A DNA stretch of 62,961 nt, the filler included, from an uncultured bacterium (GTDB taxonomy: Bacteria; B130-G9), in NCBI GenBank assembly GCA_965372715.1. It is 7 parts of 7 records of this genome, joined end to end, with 100 filler letters (N's around TTAATTAATTAA, not from the genome) between each part and the next. Parts side by side here need not be neighbours in the genome. Positions count along the whole stretch, not along the records: positions 1 to 10,816 come from CBDVDH010000082.1; 6 more parts are not named here. The stretch is one strand, 5' to 3'. Numbering within the stretch: the first letter of the stretch is position 1; each line of letters begins with the position of its first letter. This document shows, piece by piece, positions 1 to 10,029 of this stretch. Under the pieces are notes generated by a model. The model saw only the letters and a list, made by a program, of their open reading frames with translations, was not told the origin of the DNA and did not search any database. The position numbers and the translations under genes were made by a program.

Positions 1-27
1 GCCCTTCATACGTTCGGTCACATCAGA

Positions 28-54
28 GAAGGGCGGGGCAAGCACCGCCCCTAC
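28..54 (-). repeat. GTAG-type REP-like palindrome, family A (GTAGGGGCGGTGCTTGCCCCGCCC)
   Basis: Same 24-27 nt imperfect hairpin at 28-54, 10925-10951, 21338-21364, 58307-58330 and 58465-58491, all within ~60 nt of contig ends. Bases 1-10 (gcccttcata) look like the tail of an inverted partner copy. Confidence 0.85.
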
Positions 55-247
55 GCGCCGATCCGCGCCGTTCAAGACCGTGTCTTCGCACGACGGTTCA
101 TCCAAAGTGTCGCCTCCAATAAGGCCTGGGAGGATAAGAACCGGTCGGCCAAGAATCGTGCGACAACAATGCGGGCCGAAATCGCTATAATACATTCGAG
201 GATTATTCTGCGAGAACTACAACTGGGATAAGAAGAGGATAGATGAG

Positions 248-2605
248 ATGACTGATAACGATGTCATAGACGACCCATTTGCCCGATACGCTTCGCGGGT
301 CAAAGACGCGCGGCTTGAGCAGCTGAATGCTATCTGCGGAGGCGCCCCTGACAGCCGCTCGGCGCGATCGGCCAAAGCGATCTTGGCACGACGAGAGACT
401 CTCACAGACTCTCAAAGCGAAATCGAATCGGCCAAGCCGCCGTCAAGCCGGGCGGTTGTGGAATTCACTGACAGGACCGACCAGTTCGTCAAGGAGGCCG
501 CTGGCAGCGAAAAGATCAATCGCGATTACCTTGCCGAGACGAGGTCTGGCTTGCTGGGGCTGCCGAAGCGGTTGGGACTGAGGGCGATAAGATACCCTGT
601 GAGGACATATACTGACGGGCTTTTCGCACAACAGGAAGCCTTCAATTCCATTGCCGCGTCGTTCACTTTCGAAAGTGCGAAGCAGGCGAAGTCGCTGCTC
701 GAGCTGGGCAACCAGCTGGAGCAGAAGGCGCACCTACAGCGGGATTTCAATCACAGCGCGATTGCCTGCGTGGGCGCTATGGCTGACGCCATATCATCGC
801 TTTGGGGAGCGCTTCAGGAGCAAAGTGAGTTCAACTCACAGATCACTTCCCTATTGAACGACGTGATAGACGGCACGAGTGAACTCGCCGCCTCTTTGAA
901 GGAGGGAACCGACCGAAGACTCGCGGTCTGCGAGAATAGGCTGGACAGCGTGGAAGAGATACTGCGGCAGCAAGCTGAGGAGAACACGAAGCGATTCGAC
1001 GCGACCGAGGCGCGCGCAACCAGCCTGTTTGAGGCGCTTGAGGTAAACCTCTCCGAAACTCGGGACCATCTGTCCGGGCGGCTTGATTCAGCCGAGGCCA
1101 GGATTGAGGCCCAGGACTGGCGGGTTGGCGCAGTTGAGTCGCGGGCGGATACTTCTGAGGAGCAGCTCGGGCTGCTCGACGAGAGATGCCAGAAATCGGA
1201 GGCCCGCCTCGATAGCGCCGAGGACGGTCTGACTTCTCTCGGTCAGGAACAGCTCCGTGTCCAGAAGCGGTCGGATGAGATTGAGGGAGCGCTCAGAGCC
1301 AACGACGAACGGTTCGAGGAGGATGAGCGACACATTGAGGACCTCGCTAGCCAGCTGGGTTCCACTTCGCAAGCCATTCAGAACACACACTCGTTCTTCT
1401 CGCTTCAACTGGACGCTGTTGACGCCCGCATCGAGCACGCCCAGATCAGGCAACACGAGACCTCCGAGTGGGTGGCGAAGCTAGAGGGCAGACTTGACGC
1501 TTCAGACGAATGGTTGACAAATCTCGCCAAGGATGCTGACTCGACCAAGGACTGGCTCGATAACGTCAACTCCGAGGCCCAGAAACATGGAGAGTGGCTT
1601 TCCAGCATACAGGCCGACGTCAAGAGCCATGCCGACTGGCTTGGCAACCTGGAAACCACCACAAAGGAGCACAACGACTGGCTTTCGACCATAACAGAGG
1701 GCAAGGACAAGCTCGACATTTGGACGGGCAATCTTCAGAAAACCCAAGATGAGCACGCCTCGCTGCTCTCTGAACTTACGCAACATCAAAAGGAGATCGA
1801 TTATCAGATAGTCTTCGTAAAGCGCAAACTCGAGGAGGCTCAGCCAGACGCCTCAGCCACCCAGATTCGCAAAGAGAGCGTCGTTGCAGGGGGCCTTGAA
1901 AGCGGCCTGACCGAGGACGAATACGTCATCTTCGAGGACCGCTTCAGAGGTGAGAGCTCCGCTCTCAAGGCAAGACAGCAGCGTTATCTGGAGCATTTTG
2001 AGGGCTGCAAGAACGTCATAGACCTCGGCTGCGGACGAGGGGAGTTTCTGGAGCTGCTGGGCGAGCAAAGCATCAACTGTCTTGGGATTGACTCGAATCC
2101 CGAGATGATTCGAATATGCAAGTCAAAGGGGCTTGCAGCTAAGCAGGACGATCTGGTCGCGTTTCTTGAGGCGGCCGATGACGCCTCGTTTGACGGGGTT
2201 TTCTGCTCTCAGGTCGTGGAGCACTTCTCGCCAGGCATGGTCCTGAGGATATGCAAACTGATTGCGCGCAAGCTCTGTCCGGGGGGCGCCATGGTCGTGG
2301 AAACGATCGAGCCCCGCTCGATCTACGCTCTTGTCAACAGCTTTCTGCTGGACCCGTCCCACGTCTTTCCCGTCCACCCGGAACTATTGGAGTTCGGCTT
2401 CTCACTCACGGATGTTGAGCTTGAGGGGATTCAGCATCTTGCGCCCGTGCCTGAAGACGAACGGCTTGAGTTCCCAGATAACTCGCGGCCCGACGAATTA
2501 AGGGCGGACGAAAGGGGACTTGCAGACAAAAACTTCGGGAGGATCGATCGATTCCTGTTCGGCTTTCAGGACTATGCGCTAATCGGCAGAAAGGCCAAAA
2601 CGTAG
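248..2605 (+). CDS. Class I SAM-dependent methyltransferase with long N-terminal coiled coil (surface-glycan methyltransferase-like)
   Basis: 785 aa. C-terminal FEDRFRG, IDLGCGRGEFL (SAM motif I), GIDSN, QVVEH and LDPSH motifs follow a long heptad-rich coiled-coil region. Confidence 0.85.
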   Translation: MTDNDVIDDPFARYASRVKDARLEQLNAICGGAPDSRSARSAKAILARRETLTDSQSEIESAKPPSSRAVVEFTDRTDQFVKEAAGSEKINRDYLAETRSGLLGLPKRLGLRAIRYPVRTYTDGLFAQQEAFNSIAASFTFESAKQAKSLLELGNQLEQKAHLQRDFNHSAIACVGAMADAISSLWGALQEQSEFNSQITSLLNDVIDGTSELAASLKEGTDRRLAVCENRLDSVEEILRQQAEENTKRFDATEARATSLFEALEVNLSETRDHLSGRLDSAEARIEAQDWRVGAVESRADTSEEQLGLLDERCQKSEARLDSAEDGLTSLGQEQLRVQKRSDEIEGALRANDERFEEDERHIEDLASQLGSTSQAIQNTHSFFSLQLDAVDARIEHAQIRQHETSEWVAKLEGRLDASDEWLTNLAKDADSTKDWLDNVNSEAQKHGEWLSSIQADVKSHADWLGNLETTTKEHNDWLSTITEGKDKLDIWTGNLQKTQDEHASLLSELTQHQKEIDYQIVFVKRKLEEAQPDASATQIRKESVVAGGLESGLTEDEYVIFEDRFRGESSALKARQQRYLEHFEGCKNVIDLGCGRGEFLELLGEQSINCLGIDSNPEMIRICKSKGLAAKQDDLVAFLEAADDASFDGVFCSQVVEHFSPGMVLRICKLIARKLCPGGAMVVETIEPRSIYALVNSFLLDPSHVFPVHPELLEFGFSLTDVELEGIQHLAPVPEDERLEFPDNSRPDELRADERGLADKNFGRIDRFLFGFQDYALIGRKAKT

Positions 2606-2753
2606 AGTTGCAGGCCGCAGCGTCGCCGCATACCGGCCCTGCCTGGAGTGCCCAGGGGACAACCCGCGAAGCAGTCTCCGCCTCCTGCTGCCCGCGGACC
2701 TTGGACTTGGCCGTACGGCGGACTGCGCTCCGCTTTCGATCGCGAAAAAACGC

Positions 2754-2781
2754 TTGACCCTGTCCGAAACGCCGCTATTAT
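2754..2781 (+). promoter_or_regulatory. Putative sigma70 promoter
   Basis: TTGACC-N16-TATTAT upstream of the GAGGAG RBS and ATG 2866. Confidence 0.4.
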
Positions 2782-2865
2782 CAATACCTAGTTTCTGGGC
2801 AAATTGTGTTTAGAGTGTCCGTCCGATCGTAGTGTTCTAAACGTAAGGTTAGAGGAGTAATCAGA

Positions 2866-4122
2866 ATGAAAGAGCAATGCAAGATGTTGTTTGCGGCGGC
2901 TGTGCTGGCCCTTCTAGGCAGTATAGTATCCGCTGGCCCGGTGGCGGACATTATGGTGATATGTGACGTTTTCACACCGGGTGATGAGATCGACGCATGG
3001 GTTACAGCGGCGAACCCGACACACGAATTCCAGATCGATGTCTATCTGAGCGGTACGACCAGCGGCTCGACCCTTTGGCTAAGTTCTTCGGGTTGGGGTC
3101 CTCAGGAGGTCCCGTTCATTGCTGGCTACGTGATGCCTCAATTCTCTGAGCCGGTTACGCTGAAACTGGCTTCTGTTACCGCCGGACAGCCCCCGAGTCA
3201 GCCCGGTCAGAGATGCAGGCTTAGGCTTTGGCTGAGGCCCTCGAACGTGCCGGAGATGGTCTATTCTGAGGACGAGGCGTCATTCTCCGTGGCGCCTGAG
3301 GGATTCGTTGCGATCCCATCCGGAAGGTTCGTGATGGGAACTGGGAATAAGGATGAATGGTCTATGGAGATTGAGGTCCCGCACAATGTGTGCCTGAACT
3401 CCTTTTTCATCGGGAGACACGAGACGACGAACAAGGAGTTCGCCGATTTCATGAACGATGCAGGTGGACAGGTTGATGAATACGGCTGTTTTCGAGGTTC
3501 GCACGGTGAGCTTTGGGCTCTGGGCAATCTCGAGGTCGAGCTTGCGGATGAGGGTTTTAGAGCGCTTGCCGGATATGAGAGGTATCCTGCGAAGATCAGG
3601 CGTGAGGGCGCACAGGCCTATGCATCCTTCAATGAATGCGAGCTGCCAACCGAGGCCCAATGGGAGTATGCTGCGAGAGCTTTTGCGGCCGGCGATTATT
3701 CATGGGGCAATGAGGCCTCATGTGAATTCGGGAATATAGCCATTCGTGATCTTCAGACATGCAACGAGGACACACTCCCAGTGGGTTCTTATCCGGCCAA
3801 TGGCTTCGGCCTCCATGACGTGTCGGGTAATGTCTCAGAAATGTGTAGCGACTGGTTTGACAGAGATATATCAAATGGTCTTCCGTGGGGTACAAGCTAT
3901 TACCAATGGTGTTATGACAACTTTCCGGACGCAATTGTGGACCCTGAGGGGCCGACTGGCCCGCCTCCGGGCTCTGAGATCACGCAGGCTTGGCCGTTCA
4001 AGTCGGTCCGTGGTGGGTCGTGTAATTATCTTGACAACTGGGAGCTCTGCAAGCTCTGGGCAAGGAGGCAATGCACTGACAGCTATGAGGGCTGCAGGCT
4101 CGTGATGCAACTCCCGGGGTGA
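2866..4122 (+). CDS. Secreted formylglycine-generating enzyme (SUMF1/FGE-sulfatase) domain protein
   Basis: Signal peptide. Motifs FVMG, HETTNKEF, LPTEAQWEYAARA, NGFGLHDVSGNVSEMCSDW and VRGGS. GAGGAG RBS. Confidence 0.88.
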   Translation: MKEQCKMLFAAAVLALLGSIVSAGPVADIMVICDVFTPGDEIDAWVTAANPTHEFQIDVYLSGTTSGSTLWLSSSGWGPQEVPFIAGYVMPQFSEPVTLKLASVTAGQPPSQPGQRCRLRLWLRPSNVPEMVYSEDEASFSVAPEGFVAIPSGRFVMGTGNKDEWSMEIEVPHNVCLNSFFIGRHETTNKEFADFMNDAGGQVDEYGCFRGSHGELWALGNLEVELADEGFRALAGYERYPAKIRREGAQAYASFNECELPTEAQWEYAARAFAAGDYSWGNEASCEFGNIAIRDLQTCNEDTLPVGSYPANGFGLHDVSGNVSEMCSDWFDRDISNGLPWGTSYYQWCYDNFPDAIVDPEGPTGPPPGSEITQAWPFKSVRGGSCNYLDNWELCKLWARRQCTDSYEGCRLVMQLPG

Positions 4123-4257
4123 TCACAATGGCCCTGTTTGCCCGAGTGGAGAGGCGAATGAGGATGGACTTCGCCAGCAACATCGCGTCGTGCGAATGGG
4201 AGTTCAGAAAATACGGGGAGAAAAGGAAAAGGGGACAAAAGGAGAAAGGGAATTGAT

Positions 4258-4284
4258 GTAAGGGCGTGGTCTGAAGACCCACCC
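4258..4284 (+). repeat. GTAG-type REP-like palindrome, family B (GTAGGGGCGTGGTCTGAGACCCGCCC variants)
   Basis: Variants at 4258-4284, 9998-10024, 21138-21163, and an inverted pair at 40428-40453/40507-40532. Confidence 0.7.
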
Positions 4285-4562
4285 ACATAGGTCAAACCGC
4301 CGTCGCGAACTTGTCCGCCGAAGCCGGGCGGCGGAGCGGATAAGATAATGAACTCTTCGGGGGCTCGGGTGCGGGCCCCCACGTTTGCTCTGTTGATGTT
4401 GGCCGCGTTTCCGTCTTGCCGGCGAGTCGGCCGCGCGCTGACTCGCCGGATTCGTCAAGAGCAGGATCGGCCCGTTACAGTGGGCATTGCCCATTTTCCT
4501 TTCGCCTAATGACCCTTTGAACTTTTCGCCTGTTTCCCTGTCGGGAGCGCCTCCGCTGTGTC

Positions 4563-4591
4563 TTGACAACCCGGGATGGCATATCTACTAT
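4563..4591 (+). promoter_or_regulatory. Putative sigma70 promoter
   Basis: TTGACA-N17-TACTAT, about 80 nt upstream of ATG 4671. Confidence 0.55.
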
Positions 4592-4670
4592 CCTTTCCGT
4601 GATTTGGCCTTGATTGGCGATGGGCCTGGGAGCGCATCAAGGAAGCTGTAATCGCTTGTGAGGGCAAAGA

Positions 4671-5336
4671 ATGAGCGAGCTTGATCGAGAGGAAATACTC
4701 AACAAGGTCAGTGAGGGCAAGAGCCTGAAGGGTCTAGATTTGTCCAAGGCAAACCTCGTTGAGGTGGACCTCACTGGTGTTAGCCTGAAGGAGTGTAATC
4801 TTGGCGGGGCCAACTTCTACGGGGCGATTCTGGAAGGCGTGGTTTTCTCAGGGGCAGACCTGACAGCATCGGACTTTTATAAGGCCGATCTTCAGGGCGC
4901 CAAGCTCGTCGGCGCCAGCCTTTCGAGGGCTCGTTTCAAGGATAGCGACCTTGAAGGCGCCGATCTTTCGGACGCTGACCTCAAGAACGCGAATCTGGAA
5001 TGGGCCGACCTCAAGAACGCGAAGATGTCAAACGCCAACCTTGAGCGATGCAATCTTTATCAAGCGAACCTCAAGCGAGCCGACTTGACGGGCGCAAATT
5101 GCAGAGGAGCGAATTTTGAGAACGCCAATCTCAAGGGCGCGACCCTCGTTAGGTGTGAGGGGCAGGTTTGCAGTTTTTATAGGGCAAGGCTCACAAATGC
5201 TGACCTAAAGGGCGCCAAACTTGACGGCGCTAATCTAAAACAGGCTGAGGTTTTCGGTGCGAACTTTGAGGGCGTTTCGGGATTGACTGACGAGCAGCTC
5301 GAATACGCTCGCTCCTCCGGCGCAAAGGGCTTATGA
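4671..5336 (+). CDS. Pentapeptide repeat protein
   Basis: Tandem A(D/N)LxX repeats (ADLSD ADLKN ANLEW ADLKN...) over about 180 aa. Confidence 0.93.
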   Translation: MSELDREEILNKVSEGKSLKGLDLSKANLVEVDLTGVSLKECNLGGANFYGAILEGVVFSGADLTASDFYKADLQGAKLVGASLSRARFKDSDLEGADLSDADLKNANLEWADLKNAKMSNANLERCNLYQANLKRADLTGANCRGANFENANLKGATLVRCEGQVCSFYRARLTNADLKGAKLDGANLKQAEVFGANFEGVSGLTDEQLEYARSSGAKGL

Positions 5337-5478
5337 GCGTAGCCTTTATGCCATGCAACGACGGAGGCTACACTCTCTAATTGGCTGGTAAGAAGCAAGC
5401 ATTCGGCCGTGTATTTGAACCTGATCGTCGTATAGCTGCCGAGCTAACCTATGGATACTACCCCAACGGGGCAACGAG

Positions 5479-6327
5479 ATGAATTTAGCCACGAAGAAAC
5501 GTCTTTCTGATCTGGCCACTCAGGCTCGCGTTCTAATCCTGAACATGCTGGCCAAGGCCGGGTCAGGCCACACGGGTGGTTCTCTTTCTGTTGTAGAACT
5601 ACTCACTTATCTTTATTTCCACAGAATGCGGCACAAGGTTGAAGACCCGGCATGGCCTGGCCGTGACCGCTTGGTCCTGTCTAAGGGTCACGCTGCGCCG
5701 GCTCTTTACACTGTGCTTTCGTTGTGCGGCTATTTCCCTCGCGCTGAGTTGTTCAAGTTGCGGCGAATAGCCGGTTCCTTGCAGGGACATCCCGACATTC
5801 GGCGGACAGTCGGGCTTGAGGCCACAACTGGCTCGCTTGGTCAAGGACTCTCAATGGCAAATGGGATAGCACTTGGTCTGCGCCTTTCGGGCAACAGGTC
5901 CAGAGTTTATGCTATCCTTGGGGACGGCGAGCTCCAGGAGGGTCAGGTCTGGGAAGCCGCAATGAGCGCCTCGCACTACAGGCTTCGCAATGTAGTGGCT
6001 TTCGTTGATGCGAACGGGCTTCAGATCGACGGTCCGGTGGAGCAGGTAATGGGCCTGGAACCGATGACTGACAAGTGGGAGGCTTTCGGATGGGACGTGC
6101 AGGAGATTGACGGCCACGATTTCTCGCAGATCGACGAGGCGGTTCAACGTGCAGAGGAGCGCCGTGACGATAGGCCAAATGTGATCGTGGCGAGAACCAC
6201 AAAAGGCAAAGGCGTGTCATTCATGGAGGACAAGCTCCAGTATCACGGCGTGGCGCCCACGATGGACGAACTGCGGCGAGCGATGGAAGAACTCGGCGGC
6301 GAAGTTCTATTCGAGGAGAAAAACTGA
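5479..6327 (+). CDS. tkt: Transketolase, N-terminal (TPP-binding) subunit
   Basis: SGHTGGSLS, DRLVLSKGH, LQGHP, TGSLGQG and GDGELQEGQVWEA motifs. Confidence 0.95.
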   Translation: MNLATKKRLSDLATQARVLILNMLAKAGSGHTGGSLSVVELLTYLYFHRMRHKVEDPAWPGRDRLVLSKGHAAPALYTVLSLCGYFPRAELFKLRRIAGSLQGHPDIRRTVGLEATTGSLGQGLSMANGIALGLRLSGNRSRVYAILGDGELQEGQVWEAAMSASHYRLRNVVAFVDANGLQIDGPVEQVMGLEPMTDKWEAFGWDVQEIDGHDFSQIDEAVQRAEERRDDRPNVIVARTTKGKGVSFMEDKLQYHGVAPTMDELRRAMEELGGEVLFEEKN

Positions 6328-7379
6328 TGGGACTGGGGCGCCTCTGCACCGGGAAAAAACTGACGGGTCTCAGGGACGTCTATGCTGAGACTCTAATCGA
6401 ACTTGCCGAGGCCAACGAGGACATAGTGGTGCTCGACGCGGACCTGGCGCAGTCAACGAGAACAGCTAGATTCGGGGCCAGGTTCCCCGACCGCTTCTTT
6501 AACATGGGTATATCCGAGCAGGACATGATAGGCACGGCCGCGGGGCTCGCGCTGGCCGGCAAGGTCCCGTTCGTGAGCACATTTGCCATTTTCGAGACGG
6601 GACGAGCGTGGGAGCAGATACGCCTCGCGCTGTGTCTTTCTCAACTCCCTGTGAAGCTGGTGTCGAGCCACGGCGGAATCACGGTAGGTGAAGACGGCCC
6701 CACGCATCACTGCGCCGAGGACGCGGCACTGATGCGAGTTCTGCCCAATATGACGGTCGTTTTTCCGGCAGACGCCTGCGAGATGAGAAGCGTTATCCTG
6801 GAGAGTATGTCAATGGCCGGCCCTCTTTACGTCAGGGGCTCAAGAGAGAAATTCCCCGACGTCCACTGCCCAGACACTAAGCTTCGAATAGGCAAGGCGT
6901 CGGTCCTGAGGAACGGCTGGGACATCGCGATAATCGCCTGCGGCCTCATGGTCGATTTCTCACTTCAGGCCGCTGAGATGCTCGAGCGAGATGGTATCGA
7001 CGCCCGAGTCATAAACATGTCAACCTTGAAACCCATTGACAAGGAAACCACTATTGCAGCAGCAAGAGAGACCGGTCTCGTATTGACCGTCGAAGAACAC
7101 TCCATAATTGGGGGCCTCGGAAGCGGCGTATGCGAGGTGTTGAGCGAGAATTGCCCCACGCCGGTTCGGAGAATGGGGGTCTGCGACCAATTCGTGGTCT
7201 CAGGAACGCCCTGCGAGCTCTTGGAGTCGTGCGGCCTGACCCCGCAGAACATCAAGAAAACAGCCGCCGAGATGTTGAGCGGTACTCGGAGCTCTGCTGT
7301 CAAGCCCAAAGCTCTCCGAAAAACAAAGAGAGAAGCCTCTTCTCACAAAAATCCAATAACACGAGGGACGAAACCATGA
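6327..7379 (+). CDS. tkt: Transketolase, C-terminal (pyrimidine-binding/C-terminal) subunit
   Basis: VLDADL, FFNMGISEQ, GEDGPTH and EEHSIIGGLG motifs. Stop/start overlap with the N-terminal subunit. Confidence 0.93.
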   Translation: MGLGRLCTGKKLTGLRDVYAETLIELAEANEDIVVLDADLAQSTRTARFGARFPDRFFNMGISEQDMIGTAAGLALAGKVPFVSTFAIFETGRAWEQIRLALCLSQLPVKLVSSHGGITVGEDGPTHHCAEDAALMRVLPNMTVVFPADACEMRSVILESMSMAGPLYVRGSREKFPDVHCPDTKLRIGKASVLRNGWDIAIIACGLMVDFSLQAAEMLERDGIDARVINMSTLKPIDKETTIAAARETGLVLTVEEHSIIGGLGSGVCEVLSENCPTPVRRMGVCDQFVVSGTPCELLESCGLTPQNIKKTAAEMLSGTRSSAVKPKALRKTKREASSHKNPITRGTKP

Positions 7380-9157
7380 AAAAAGCAATAGTGATCATTC
7401 TAATTCTCATCATTGCGGGCATCGGCGTCGCATACTACATGACGCAAATGCGCGAGCAAAAGCCCGCACTGCCAAAGACGACCGCCGCGGCGGCACAGGC
7501 TTCAGAGCTCCTGTCCTACGTTCCGGACACGGCTGCGCTGTGCGTGGTTTTCTCGAGCATCGGTGAGCTAAAGACGGCAATTGAGAACAGCGACTACTTC
7601 AAGAAGCTCTCTTCGACCTCACTTTGGCAGAGTTCGGTACCCCTGGTGGCGGCGCAGTTCCAGCAGGCCCTCAAGAATCGCGAGCTTCAGGCCGGAATCG
7701 AGGTCGATCCTCCTGACCTGGGCCTCATCTGGGACCTGGTTGGCGAGGAGATAGCCGTCGCATTCTTGCCGGGGCAGGAGCCTGATACGTGGGGTTCTGC
7801 TTTTTTGGCAAGAGTGAAGAACCCGCAGAGACTCAAGAAGATAATAACGCTCCTCACGGATAGCGCAAAGAACGCGGGATTCACTTTCAGCGACATCAAG
7901 TATAACGATGAGTCGATAAAAAAAGCTGTGAAGGCGCCTGACAAGGGGGAGTTCTACATTTGTCAGACGCACAGGCTTCTGACGGGCGCAACTGATCTCG
8001 AGGCGCTCAAGTCCGTAATCGACCTGATCTCGTCGGACGCCAAGAACAGTTTGGCGAGTTCTGCGAGTTACAAGGCCGTCGCGAGCAAGCTTAGAGCGGG
8101 CCATTTCGGCGAGTTCTTCATGAAACTCGGCATCGATATGGGTTCAATGTTCATGTCAGTTGCGAGCGTCGAAGGGCTGCCAATCCAGAGCAAGATGCAG
8201 GGGATGCCGGAGATGGCCGGCGACTCGTTGACGAGGCTCTATGTTAAGGATGGCCTCCAGTTCGAGTCTTATACCACGCTCGATCCCGAGAAAAGCGACC
8301 CGAAGGTTGTCGGCTTCTACAAATATGCGCCCAACGATCTGCCTCTACTTGCGGTAGTCCCGCAGGGCTCAACGATGGCTTTCGCCTTGAACTGCCTAGA
8401 CGCAAAGGCGATGTATGAGATGATGATCGACTCGGCGATGGCTCAGAATCCGATGGTTGCCGTGATAGTGTCGGGATTCCTTACGGAGCTTGAGAAGAAG
8501 ATCGGAGTCTCAATAGCAGACGATCTCCTGCCAGCCGTTGGTCCTGACGTCGCATTCTACTACAAGGGTTTAAGCTTCAAGCAGGCGCTTTCGCTGCCCG
8601 AATTCGGCTTTGCGTGCAGCTCTAGCAATCCGGAAAGGCTCTACAATGCTTTCCCCAAGATCGGTGATCATCTGTTGAGTTTCGCCGAAGATAAGGTGCC
8701 TGAGGCCAAACACGCCGAGGAAACCTACAAAGGCCACTCGGTCCACGAAATACGGCTCGTGACGCCTATCGGCGAGATGAGCCTCGCGGCGGCCGTCGTT
8801 GACAAGCATTTCTGCCTTGGCTTTGGCCGCGAACAAGTCAACATGATGATAGATTGCCTCGACGGCGACCATCCCCGGTTGAAGGATCAGCCAGAATACA
8901 CGTCGATCAGCGCGGGTTTCCCCAGAGAGTCTAACCAGATTGTGTATCTCGATTTCGAGGCGCTGTGGCGCCAGATAAAATCCGCGCTGGAGCTTTATGC
9001 CCAAGTCGCTGAACCGGAGTCAAAAGAAGTCTTTGAGTTCTTTGATGTCCTGTTGAAGCCGATGAAGACGGCCTTTTCCACGAGCCTCTATGAACACCCC
9101 TCAGAAAGCATCGCCGTTCAAAAGGGCTACGGACACGCCAAGATCGAGGCGGAATAG
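7376..9157 (+). CDS. Membrane-anchored periplasmic protein, DUF3352-like
   Basis: Start moved to ATG 7376 (MKKAIVIILILII..., ATGA overlap, GAGG RBS). N-terminal TM helix and an internally duplicated alpha/beta pattern (LLSYVP / LLAVVP). Confidence 0.6.
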   Translation: MKKAIVIILILIIAGIGVAYYMTQMREQKPALPKTTAAAAQASELLSYVPDTAALCVVFSSIGELKTAIENSDYFKKLSSTSLWQSSVPLVAAQFQQALKNRELQAGIEVDPPDLGLIWDLVGEEIAVAFLPGQEPDTWGSAFLARVKNPQRLKKIITLLTDSAKNAGFTFSDIKYNDESIKKAVKAPDKGEFYICQTHRLLTGATDLEALKSVIDLISSDAKNSLASSASYKAVASKLRAGHFGEFFMKLGIDMGSMFMSVASVEGLPIQSKMQGMPEMAGDSLTRLYVKDGLQFESYTTLDPEKSDPKVVGFYKYAPNDLPLLAVVPQGSTMAFALNCLDAKAMYEMMIDSAMAQNPMVAVIVSGFLTELEKKIGVSIADDLLPAVGPDVAFYYKGLSFKQALSLPEFGFACSSSNPERLYNAFPKIGDHLLSFAEDKVPEAKHAEETYKGHSVHEIRLVTPIGEMSLAAAVVDKHFCLGFGREQVNMMIDCLDGDHPRLKDQPEYTSISAGFPRESNQIVYLDFEALWRQIKSALELYAQVAEPESKEVFEFFDVLLKPMKTAFSTSLYEHPSESIAVQKGYGHAKIEAE

Positions 9158-9168
9158 AGCCCAACGCA

Positions 9169-9951
9169 ATGAGAATCTGCGTTCTGGCGAGCAGCAGCTC
9201 CGGAAACTGCACGCTGGTTGAGTCCAGCGGCGCTCGCATCCTATTGGACGTTGGCATCTCGTGGGCGCGGGTCGCAGAAGCGCTTGCCTCGATTGGGGTC
9301 GATCCGGTCTCGATTGACGCGATACTTGTATCGCACGAGCATACAGACCACGTAGCGGGCGTTGGGATCGCTGCCAGAAAGCTGCGCTGCCCGGTTTACA
9401 TAAACTTCGACACGCTCAGCTTTGTCGCGTCGCGGCTCAAAAACATCAGCAAGGAACAGATTGTGCTGACCGAGGTTGGCAAACCATTTTCGATCAACGA
9501 CATGGAGTTCACGACGTTTCCTGTTCCGCATGACGCTGCGCGTCCCGTTGGATACGTGGTTAAATGCAACGGCCTAAAGGTCGGGATCGCGACCGACCTG
9601 GGCTACCCAACGAATGTCGTCAGACACTGCCTGAGCGCCTGCAACGGACTCGTTTTAGAATCGAATCACGACAGGCAGATGCTTCTGGATGGCCCCTATC
9701 CCTTCGAGCTCAAGCAGCGAATCGCGAGCAAACAAGGCCATTTGTCGAATGAGCAATCGGCAAACCTCTTGTCGAAGGTCATCCACGAAAACCTGGCTAA
9801 TGTGCTGCTTTCACACCTCAGCGACGAGAACAACACGCCAGAGCTCGCGTTCAACGCCACCGCAAAGGTCTTGACCGAGTTGAACCGAGATGACGTCACC
9901 CTTTCGCTGACCTATCGCGACCGGCCAAGCGACGTCGTCACGATAGAGTGA
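9169..9951 (+). CDS. MBL-fold metallo-hydrolase, YycJ/WalJ-like
   Basis: LASSSSGN, SHEHTDH, PHDA, TDLG, ESNHD, GHLSN and HLS..NN motifs. Confidence 0.9.
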   Translation: MRICVLASSSSGNCTLVESSGARILLDVGISWARVAEALASIGVDPVSIDAILVSHEHTDHVAGVGIAARKLRCPVYINFDTLSFVASRLKNISKEQIVLTEVGKPFSINDMEFTTFPVPHDAARPVGYVVKCNGLKVGIATDLGYPTNVVRHCLSACNGLVLESNHDRQMLLDGPYPFELKQRIASKQGHLSNEQSANLLSKVIHENLANVLLSHLSDENNTPELAFNATAKVLTELNRDDVTLSLTYRDRPSDVVTIE

Positions 9952-10029
9952 GGTAGGCGACCCTGTCAATTCGGCGTCTGGTGGCGGAGATAGTCTTGTA
10001 GAGGCGAGGTCTGAAGACCCGCCCGCCTA

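Noticed and set aside
2866-4122. FGE/C-type-lectin-fold protein as a DGR target
   Set aside because: No template repeat of its 3' end and no reverse transcriptase in the window.
5337-5478. Hairpin (GTAGCCTT/GAGGCTAC) upstream of transketolase as a TPP or other riboswitch
   Set aside because: No recognisable riboswitch consensus such as the TPP CTGAGA motif. An Rfam scan would be needed.
7130-7375. N-terminal extension of the 675-aa ORF
   Set aside because: It overlaps the transketolase C-subunit. The ATG at 7376, with RBS and signal anchor, is the better start.
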